The notes under the pieces were generated by a model that was not told the origin of the DNA, did not search any database, and saw only the letters and a program-made list of their open reading frames with translations. 32,000 bases of DNA, taken from Nanoarchaeum equitans Kin4-M (GTDB taxonomy: Archaea > Nanobdellota > Nanobdellia > Nanobdellales > Nanoarchaeaceae). The stretch is taken from contig AE017199.1 of assembly GCA_000008085.1 (NCBI GenBank), forward strand, positions 360,001 to 392,000, written 5' to 3'. Position 1 is the first letter of the stretch. Every line of letters begins with the position of its first letter. Of the stretch, positions 16,397 to 22,508 are shown piece by piece. Position numbers and translations under genes: made by a program.

Positions 16397-17521
16397 TTAT
16401 TTGCCTAATTTTTTCTTTAGTTCTTCGAACTTCTTTTCGTCAAAAACTAATTTAATTCTACCTGTTCCCATGGGGGCGGGTTGGTTAATTAGGACATTTA
16501 CTATTACAGCCCTTAGATCATCTTTTTCTCCTAGCAAAGCAGCATCTGCCAGGTTTTTGAATGGTACTTCGAATGTAGCTCTCTCTAGTGGGGATGGTTT
16601 CCTCTCCATTAGCCCATGCCTGGTAAATCCCAATACTTCTCCATAGTATGTCATTACATCAGCAATTAATAACAGATATCTAACATCTATTTCTAAACCT
16701 TGTTCTTCCAATACTTTTTGTATTTCCTCTATTATTGCTTCTCTAGCCGCATCTATTCCTAAAACTTTTGCAATTTCGTGTATATCATTAGTAGTAGTAC
16801 GGGTTTTGTCTATACCTTTCATTTTTAATACCTCTTTTAAATTGGAACCGAAGGTTTTTATTACTAATTCATCATTTTCCCTAGTAATCATTGCGTATTT
16901 GATACCTTTAACCCCTTTTATATGTAAATCTTTTATTTTGTTTTTTAACAGATACAACTCTTTGGGCCTTTTGTTTCCTGCCTCTATAGTAATAGTATTA
17001 TTTTCAATTTTGGCTTTAAGCTTTGCAGATTTGAACGCTTTTTCTAAATCTTTTTTTGTTATGTCTTTTTCTTTAACTAATTGTTGATCTAATTCTATTA
17101 TAATTCTTTTGTTAATAACATCGATCGATATTGATTTAGCAATATCCGATAGCTTTACTTCAATTAGTTTGTTTACTAACTCTTCTGCTAATTTTTCATC
17201 ATTTTTTTCTAAATATATGGTCATTGAAGGTATAGTAGGTTTTTTCTTCGCATTTAATATTTCTATCAACCTGGGTAAACCTGTAACCAATTGTAATTCT
17301 GATACCCCCGCAAAATGGAAAGCGTTTAATAGCATCTGAGTTGCAGGTTCTCCAAAGGATTGTGCAGTAATTATTCCAATGGGCTCTTGAGGATCAATTA
17401 GAGAATTCAAATATTTCTCTTCTAACTTTTTTAACAGTTGTTCCTTCTTTTTTCCCCTAATTTTATATTTTTTTGCCATCTCTTCAAATTCCTGCAAAAT
17501 TTTCTCTGGCAATAGGGACAC
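16397..17521 (-). CDS. rpoA2: DNA-directed RNA polymerase subunit A'' (Rpo1C)
   Basis: GEPATQMLLNAFHFAGV and the C-terminal ...LGEKDDLRAVIVNVLINQPAPMGTG are A''-specific. The start is either GTG at 17521 or ATG at 17479. Confidence 0.9.
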   Translation of the reverse strand: MSLLPEKILQEFEEMAKKYKIRGKKKEQLLKKLEEKYLNSLIDPQEPIGIITAQSFGEPATQMLLNAFHFAGVSELQLVTGLPRLIEILNAKKKPTIPSMTIYLEKNDEKLAEELVNKLIEVKLSDIAKSISIDVINKRIIIELDQQLVKEKDITKKDLEKAFKSAKLKAKIENNTITIEAGNKRPKELYLLKNKIKDLHIKGVKGIKYAMITRENDELVIKTFGSNLKEVLKMKGIDKTRTTTNDIHEIAKVLGIDAAREAIIEEIQKVLEEQGLEIDVRYLLLIADVMTYYGEVLGFTRHGLMERKPSPLERATFEVPFKNLADAALLGEKDDLRAVIVNVLINQPAPMGTGRIKLVFDEKKFEELKKKLGK

Positions 17522-17567
17522 ACGGGTTTACAAATATAACTTTTAAATATTTTGTTATGGTAGCCTA

Positions 17568-17744
17568 ATGGGAAAAGCAAAACCATTAAATAGGAAAATT
17601 AGATTACTAAAAGAAAACAGACATACTAAATATGCCCCAATCTGGGCAGTAATAAAGAGGTATGGAAGGTTTAGCCCATTATTGAGAATGTTAATGACTA
17701 GAAAGAAGAGACATTGGAGGAGAGATTCAACTTGGATACACTAA
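17568..17744 (+). CDS. rpl39e: 50S ribosomal protein L39e (missed by the ORF track)
   Basis: My own translation is MGKAKPLNRKIRLLKENRHTKYAPIWAVIKRYGRFSPLLRMLMTRKKRHWRRDSTWIH (58 aa). It matches the L39e pattern K..L.k....n...P.W....t.......kRRHWRR. A TATA-like CTTTTAAATA lies about 25 nt upstream. Confidence 0.82.
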   Translation: MGKAKPLNRKIRLLKENRHTKYAPIWAVIKRYGRFSPLLRMLMTRKKRHWRRDSTWIH

Positions 17745-18041
17745 ACTTTTTCTAGCGATTAAAATTTTTCTTCCTCTTATATCGATTATTACACCGCTTT
17801 TCAATTTTTCTTGCAGTTGTTTTGCTATGTTAAATCTATCTTCCATTCTTAATATGTTTTTGTTTATAGTTACTTTTACTACTTCTCTAACCTTTAATTG
17901 GTTCTCTATTTGCTCTATAACTTTATCGATTCCGGATTTTCCAATGTTTATTGTAGGCTTAATATCATAATATTGGCTCCTTAGCTTTCTAAGAATTTTC
18001 CCTTTTGGTTTATTCTTCAAAACCTTCGTTAGCCCCACCAT
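17727..18041 (-). CDS. YhbY/CRS1 (CRM-domain) RNA-binding protein
   Basis: LRSQYYDIKPTINIGKSGIDKVIEQIENQLKVREVVKVTI matches the YhbY core (LR..ah.lkP...IGK.G......i...l..hElvKv). 104 aa. Confidence 0.7.
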   Translation of the reverse strand: MVGLTKVLKNKPKGKILRKLRSQYYDIKPTINIGKSGIDKVIEQIENQLKVREVVKVTINKNILRMEDRFNIAKQLQEKLKSGVIIDIRGRKILIARKSLVYPS

Positions 18042-18465
18042 ATACGGATTCTTTTGCTTTTATATATTGCCTTACCGCATTATCAAATTCATCAAAATTA
18101 TCGGTAACTTCTAATAGCTCTCTCCCTATATATTGGGCATCCTCGATAACAGAATTAAATACGAAATTAGTATGATCTACTGCTTTTTTGTAAAAGGTTA
18201 AATAATCCCTAACCATTTCCTCAATAGTTTCATAATCTTTTTCATCTAGCTGTTTTCTGAATTTCTCTACTACTTCTTCATAATAAGAGCGAGCATCCTC
18301 TCTTTTTGTTTCATCCACCTTTACAAACCTATCGAATACTTCATTTTTCTCAACACTTTTTAACCTTTCTCTTATTACTTCTTTCATGGACTTTTTCCCA
18401 AACATGTTATTATATTTGTTACTTTTATAAATAGCCTTATAACTATTAGTTAATAGTAAAGACAT
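18010..18465 (-). CDS. Hypothetical acidic helical protein
   Basis: 151-aa ORF. The real start may be the internal MFGKK, or the Met six residues further on (MKEV). It overlaps the YhbY-like gene start by 32 nt, so the two are probably an operon. I recognise no family. Confidence 0.5.
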   Translation of the reverse strand: MSLLLTNSYKAIYKSNKYNNMFGKKSMKEVIRERLKSVEKNEVFDRFVKVDETKREDARSYYEEVVEKFRKQLDEKDYETIEEMVRDYLTFYKKAVDHTNFVFNSVIEDAQYIGRELLEVTDNFDEFDNAVRQYIKAKESVYGGANEGFEE

Positions 18466-18493
18466 ATTTAATTAACCAATTCTTATAACCTTA

Positions 18494-19786
18494 ATGCCAT
18501 CTCTGTGGGATTACCTAAATAAAGATAAAAAACCTGTTATAAAAAAGGTTGAACCTCCAAAAAAGAAAGAAATAAAAAGAGACATTCCATTGTTCATAAA
18601 ATATAGGCCAAAAACTTTAGATGAAGTGGAGAACCAAGAGCAAGCGAAACAAATTTTAAGAGATTATGTAATAAACTATAAGAAAAAATACAAAGGAAAA
18701 GCTTTATTATTGTATGGCCCACCAGGGACAGGCAAAACTTCCTCTGTATACGCTTTAGCCAATGAATTAGGCTATGAAGTATTGGAAGTTAATGCCAGCG
18801 ATGAAAGAGATGCTATACATATTCATCATATAGTAGGGGAAGCATCAAAAGGGAAACCTTTGTTTCATAAAGGTAGAATAATTTTGGTTGATGAAGTAGA
18901 CGGGTTAAGTGGTAAAGAAGACAGAGGGGGAGTAGGTGCATTAGTTAATATAATAAAACAATCATCATGGCCAATAATTTGTACTGCCAATGATCCGTGG
19001 GATCAGAAATTGAAAAAACTAAGGGAAATCTCTATAATGGTTGAATTCAAAAGGCTATCACCAAAACATGTATATAATGTGCTAAAAAAGATAGTAACTA
19101 ATGAGAAAATAAAAATTAGTGACAAAATTCTATGGGATATAGCCTATAAAAGCGGGGGCGATTTAAGAGCAGCAATAAATGATTTGGAAACAATAATAAA
19201 ATCTGGAATAATTGATGAAAACTTTGTAAAAGCTTTAGGAAATAGAGAACAAGAAATAGATATTTTCAAAGCATTAGGTATAATGTTCAAAACCGAAAAC
19301 CTCGCCACAGCAGTTTCAGCTTTTAACAATGTTGATTTGGAATTTGACGAAATATTCCCTTGGTTAGAGGAAAATATACCTGTGGAATATAAAAGGTTAG
19401 ACGATATTTATAGGGCATATTATTGGTTAGGAAAAGCAGACATATTTAGAAAAAGAATAATAAAAACACAACATTGGAGATTGTTGGTTTATGCCCAAAT
19501 CGATGCTTATGGGGGGATAGCTTTGGCTAAAAACAAAAAATATCCTGGTTTTACTAGATACCAACCGCCGAAAAGGTTAAAACTTCTAGCTCAAATGAAA
19601 GAAAAGCTAGAAAAACTTAGAGAGCATGTATCTAAATTGAGGGAAAAACTACATATGAGCAAAAGAGATATAATAAAATACTATGTTAGTTTTGCGTTAA
19701 AACTAAAAAACCTAAACAAAACAGTAGCAGACAAGTTCTTAAAAGCGATTGGGTTATCATTAAAAGAAATTGAAGAAATTCGCTAG
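18494..19786 (+). CDS. rfcL: Replication factor C large subunit
   Basis: The sequence runs KYRPKTLDEV, LLLYGPPGTGKTSSVYALANELGYEVLEVNASDERD, ILVDEVDG, then a Lys-rich C-terminal tail. This is the archaeal RFC-L order of motifs. 430 aa. Confidence 0.88.
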   Translation: MPSLWDYLNKDKKPVIKKVEPPKKKEIKRDIPLFIKYRPKTLDEVENQEQAKQILRDYVINYKKKYKGKALLLYGPPGTGKTSSVYALANELGYEVLEVNASDERDAIHIHHIVGEASKGKPLFHKGRIILVDEVDGLSGKEDRGGVGALVNIIKQSSWPIICTANDPWDQKLKKLREISIMVEFKRLSPKHVYNVLKKIVTNEKIKISDKILWDIAYKSGGDLRAAINDLETIIKSGIIDENFVKALGNREQEIDIFKALGIMFKTENLATAVSAFNNVDLEFDEIFPWLEENIPVEYKRLDDIYRAYYWLGKADIFRKRIIKTQHWRLLVYAQIDAYGGIALAKNKKYPGFTRYQPPKRLKLLAQMKEKLEKLREHVSKLREKLHMSKRDIIKYYVSFALKLKNLNKTVADKFLKAIGLSLKEIEEIR

Positions 19787-20366
19787 ATTTATAGGAATAG
19801 ACGATGGTTATTTCGTTAGAAATGTACATAAAAAAACAAAACTAATAGGAGCAATCACAAAGCATACGATATTGGATGGAGTATTGTCTAGAGAAATAAC
19901 AATAGATGGTGACGATGTTAGCGAAAAAATAATTGATATGATAAAAAATAGTAATCATTATTACCAAATTAGGGGGATAATTTTGTATGGCATAACCTTT
20001 GCCGGATTTAATATAGCGGACGTGGAATTAATATACAAAAATTTGGGTTTACCTATAATAATAGTAATGGAGCGCCCTCCGAAAGATATATTCTATAAAG
20101 CTATAGAAAAATACAAACCTAATGGGATAGAATTAATAAAAAAGGCTGGCCCCATATATAAAACAAAAACTCCTTTCGGTTATACATATTACCAAGTTTA
20201 TGGTATCGACAAAGACACTGCTTCTAATATAATAAATAATTTAGCAATAGTATCAAAAATACCAGAGCCTGCTAGGGTTGCTCATATGATTGCTAGAGGT
20301 GTAACTAAAGGGGATTCATCAAAACCACGGGCCGGCGGGGATTCGAACCCCGGACCTGCGGGTTAA
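19770..20366 (+). CDS. DUF99/UPF0215 family protein (EndoV-like fold)
   Basis: The N-terminus FIGIDDGYF and the overall size are typical of UPF0215. It has a 17-nt overlap with rfcL. The last 13 codons and the stop (..PRAGGDSNPGPAG*) are the antisense of the tRNA 3' half. Confidence 0.7.
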   Translation: MKKFARFIGIDDGYFVRNVHKKTKLIGAITKHTILDGVLSREITIDGDDVSEKIIDMIKNSNHYYQIRGIILYGITFAGFNIADVELIYKNLGLPIIIVMERPPKDIFYKAIEKYKPNGIELIKKAGPIYKTKTPFGYTYYQVYGIDKDTASNIINNLAIVSKIPEPARVAHMIARGVTKGDSSKPRAGGDSNPGPAG

Positions 20367-20390
20367 GAGCCTCGGCGGCCATCCCCCTGG
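20328..20390 (-). tRNA. Split-tRNA 3' half precursor: 27-nt GC-rich leader (20390-20364) plus tRNA positions 38-73 (20363-20328); most consistent with tRNA-Lys
   Basis: The minus strand reads CCAGGGGGAUGGCCGCCGAGGCUCUUA | A CCCGC AGGUC CGGGG UUCGAAU CCCCG CCGGCCC G, followed by UGGUUUU. It has a perfect T arm (5-bp stem, UUCGAAU loop), a 5-nt variable loop AGGUC, a 7-nt acceptor 3' strand and a discriminator G. There is no D arm or acceptor 5' strand anywhere upstream, where the sequence is AT-rich. There is no encoded CCA, and an oligo-U follows. The acceptor strand (implying 5' GGGCCGG), the G73 discriminator and a CUCUUA motif suggest Lys(CUU). Confidence 0.8.
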
Positions 20391-20405
20391 TTTGTATTTG
20401 TTAGC

Positions 20406-20417
20406 CATTTAAAAATG
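20406..20417 (-). promoter_or_regulatory. TATA box (CATTTTTAAATG on the minus strand) for the tRNA 3' half
   Basis: The UUUUUAAA core is at 20415-20408. This is about 25 nt upstream of the first G/C-rich leader nucleotides at about 20390, the spacing expected for an archaeal TATA-to-TSS distance. Confidence 0.55.
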
Positions 20418-20476
20418 TTTGTATTTAATTTTTGGTATTGATAGCCTTTTATTAAAGAGTTTTTCTACCAAATAAT

Positions 20477-20731
20477 ATGTATGTATTATATTTTGCGTTA
20501 GGTATAATAATAAGTGCTTTAACCATAATAGACCCTTTTGGGGGTTTAATAATTGGTATAGCATTATTAGCCTCCATTTATGTTAAAAGTTTTATAGAAA
20601 ATAGAATCGAGCATTTCCTTACAATGCTTCTAGGTTTTATCATAGGAATACTATCGCAAAGCTTTGGGCCTATAGCCTATGGAATTGCCATGTTAATAAC
20701 AATTTTGTTAGCGATACTCGATAGTTTATAA
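20477..20731 (+). CDS. Hypothetical small membrane protein (3 TM helices)
   Basis: 84-aa ORF that is almost entirely hydrophobic (ALGIIISALTII, LIIGIALLASIYV, IAYGIAMLITILLAIL). A TATA-like TTTTATTAAA lies about 25 nt upstream. Confidence 0.5.
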   Translation: MYVLYFALGIIISALTIIDPFGGLIIGIALLASIYVKSFIENRIEHFLTMLLGFIIGILSQSFGPIAYGIAMLITILLAILDSL

Positions 20732-20752
20732 AAAGAAATTTTCTAACCACAA

Positions 20753-21718
20753 ATGCCACAACATGGTAGGCATGCCCCTAGAAGGGGTTCTATGGGATTT
20801 TGGCCTAGAAAAAGGGCTTCTCGTATTTATCCTAGAATAAAAACTTGGCCTAAAATAGAGGAAATAAAACCATTAGCTTTTGCAGCTTATAAAGTAGGGA
20901 TGACTCATACAATATTAAACATAAATGGGGAAAGAGTTTTTACTCCAGTTACCGTTTTAGAAGCTCCTGAATTATTAGTTATTGGAGCAAAAGCATATAA
21001 AAAGGAGAACGGTGCATTAAAAGAAATAAGCTCTTTATATTTTAATGACTTACCCCAATATGTCTTTAGAAAAATCCCAAAACTAAAGAATTATAATTTT
21101 GAAGAAAAGAAAGAACAATTCCTATCTAAAGCAGACAATGCTGATGAAGTAAAAATAATAGTTTCTACTCAACCATGGAAAATAAAGCTAAAGAAAACCC
21201 CAGAGATATTTGACATACCAATTGGAGGAAGCGATGTAAATAAAAAATTAGAATATGCTTTATCTTTATTAGGAAAAGAGTTATCTATTAATGATGTGTT
21301 TAAAGAGGGGCAATATGTAGATGTTATTGCAGTTACAAAGGGCAAGGGCTTCCAAGGTGTAATAAAAAGATTCCATGTGCATAGAAGGCAACACAAATCT
21401 GAAAAAGGTGTTAGAAAAGTTGGAGCTATTGGTTCTAGAGGACCCGGTAGAATATTTCCAACAGTTCCAATGCCCGGCCAAATGGGATACCATAGAAGAA
21501 CAGAGTATAATAAACTAATCATAAAAATAGGAGAACCACTAAATGTTGAAGGCGGTTGGGTGAGGTATGGCCAAGTAATTGGGCCTACAATATTATTAAA
21601 AGGCTCTGTTCCAGGGCCAAGAAAAAGACTAATAATCCTTAGAGAAGCTATAAGACCTCCAAGAAAACAAGAGAAAGTTGAAGGGATAGAATATATAAGT
21701 TTGTCTCCCAAAAACTAA
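20753..21718 (+). CDS. rpl3: 50S ribosomal protein L3
   Basis: HAPRRGSMGFWPRKRA, AYKVGMTH, TKGKGFQGVIKRF and GQMGYHRRTE are canonical archaeal L3 motifs. Confidence 0.93.
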   Translation: MPQHGRHAPRRGSMGFWPRKRASRIYPRIKTWPKIEEIKPLAFAAYKVGMTHTILNINGERVFTPVTVLEAPELLVIGAKAYKKENGALKEISSLYFNDLPQYVFRKIPKLKNYNFEEKKEQFLSKADNADEVKIIVSTQPWKIKLKKTPEIFDIPIGGSDVNKKLEYALSLLGKELSINDVFKEGQYVDVIAVTKGKGFQGVIKRFHVHRRQHKSEKGVRKVGAIGSRGPGRIFPTVPMPGQMGYHRRTEYNKLIIKIGEPLNVEGGWVRYGQVIGPTILLKGSVPGPRKRLIILREAIRPPRKQEKVEGIEYISLSPKN

Positions 21719-22305
21719 ATTCTTAATATTTTATACAAAATAACTCTGGGTATTCCCAAATAAGGAATAACGAAGCTAACTTTCCCTTCCACTTCTTTGT
21801 ACGTTATTACAAAAGGATCTATAGTGGGATTATTATCGCCCTTAGTGATTAAAGTGCAATTTTTATAATCTTTGATATAAACAAAATCTTTTATTGTTTT
21901 GTTCCCACATCGTAAGCCTATAACCCTATGTACTAATGGGTATTTCAAATTTGCTTTCATTACTAATACATCGCCAACTTTAGCATCTTCTTTAGAAGTG
22001 GAAATAACAATGTCACCAACATTTATACCTTGGCTAAATGGTAATTGTTTAAACTTTTTTTCACATTCGATTAAGGATAAATTCCAATATTTGCAATACC
22101 ATAATAAGTTAAAATTGTTATGCTGCATAGATGGAGTTAATATAACCAATATAGGGTTTTCAGATTTGGTTATAAATTTTAGTATAGGAGTAAAAATAAA
22201 ATTATAAAATACAAAAACGAATACAATAAAAGCTAAATAACTTTTGGGATCATTACTAAATAAAAGCCAATTGAAGAATTTTTTAAGCTTTTCTAATTCT
22301 TTCAT
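21715..22305 (-). CDS. Signal peptidase I, Sec11/archaeal type (S26B)
   Basis: An N-terminal TM helix is followed by LTPSMQH (catalytic Ser region), PLVHRVIG (catalytic His as in Sec11) and TKGDNNPTID (the GDNN box). Confidence 0.72.
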   Translation of the reverse strand: MKELEKLKKFFNWLLFSNDPKSYLAFIVFVFVFYNFIFTPILKFITKSENPILVILTPSMQHNNFNLLWYCKYWNLSLIECEKKFKQLPFSQGINVGDIVISTSKEDAKVGDVLVMKANLKYPLVHRVIGLRCGNKTIKDFVYIKDYKNCTLITKGDNNPTIDPFVITYKEVEGKVSFVIPYLGIPRVILYKILRI

Positions 22306-22423
22306 TGTGAGATTTTAATAAATGCCTTAAAAATTGCTTTTGGTTAGCAAATACATGCCCACAATATGGGCATCTTAATAGTTTTATGCCTGCTCTTCCC
22401 TCTATTTTAATGGCTTTTGCCAT
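22283..22423 (-). CDS. 46-aa single C2H2 (TFIIIA-type) zinc-finger protein (missed by the ORF track)
   Basis: My own translation is MAKAIKIEGRAGIKLLRCPYCGHVFANQKQFLRHLLKSHNERIRKA. It fits the classical consensus C-x2-C-x3-F-x5-hydrophobic-x2-H-x4-H exactly. A-T-rich TATA-like tracts lie 5-29 nt upstream. It has a 23-nt overlap with the signal peptidase start. Confidence 0.6.
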   Translation of the reverse strand: MAKAIKIEGRAGIKLLRCPYCGHVFANQKQFLRHLLKSHNERIRKA

Positions 22424-22455
22424 TCACTTTTATAAAAGTTTGTTTTAAAAAATAG

Positions 22456-22508
22456 CTATGAAGAAAGCCGCTACTCTGAATTTATGATGAAGAGCCTGGA
22501 TGCAGATC
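22456..22508 (+). ncRNA. C/D box sRNA with a variant C (AUGAAGA) and D (CAGA) pair, overlapping the 3' end of the reverse gyrase helicase-half gene
   Basis: C box AUGAAGA is at 22458-22464, followed by an 11-nt guide AAGCCGCUACU and D' box CUGA at 22476-22479. After a 4-nt linker come C' box AUGAUGA at 22484-22490, a 12-nt guide AGAGCCUGGAUG and D box CAGA at 22503-22506. The two deviations fall on the two nucleotides that face each other in the k-turn (U-U becomes A-A). Confidence 0.65.

Noticed and set aside
20296-20322. A UGAUGA (C-box-like) motif on the minus strand immediately after the tRNA half, suggesting a dicistronic tRNA-C/D sRNA.
   Set aside because: Twelve nucleotides after the motif there is UACA rather than CUGA. 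No C' box follows, and no CUGA occurs in the following ~80 nt. The TCATCA here is simply the Ser-Ser codons of the plus-strand DUF99 gene.
21169-21711. Long antisense ORFs inside well-supported genes. Examples: 21169..21711 and 21281..21493 opposite rpl3; 8872..9261, 8524..8754 and 6490..6819 opposite polD; 3533..3781 and 3902..4186 opposite glyS; 16401..17339 opposite rpoA''; 15919..16283 opposite radA; 23302..24145 opposite rgy; 24377..24997 opposite the DUF460-like gene; 25320..25601 and 26405..26602 opposite secD/secF; 13415..13867 opposite the ATPase gene.
   Set aside because: All lie entirely within, and antisense to, ORFs with strong family-specific motifs. Their translations are low-complexity (Ser/Phe/Ile/Leu/Asn-rich) with no recognisable motifs. 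They are shadow ORFs of the kind expected in AT-rich, stop-poor antisense frames.
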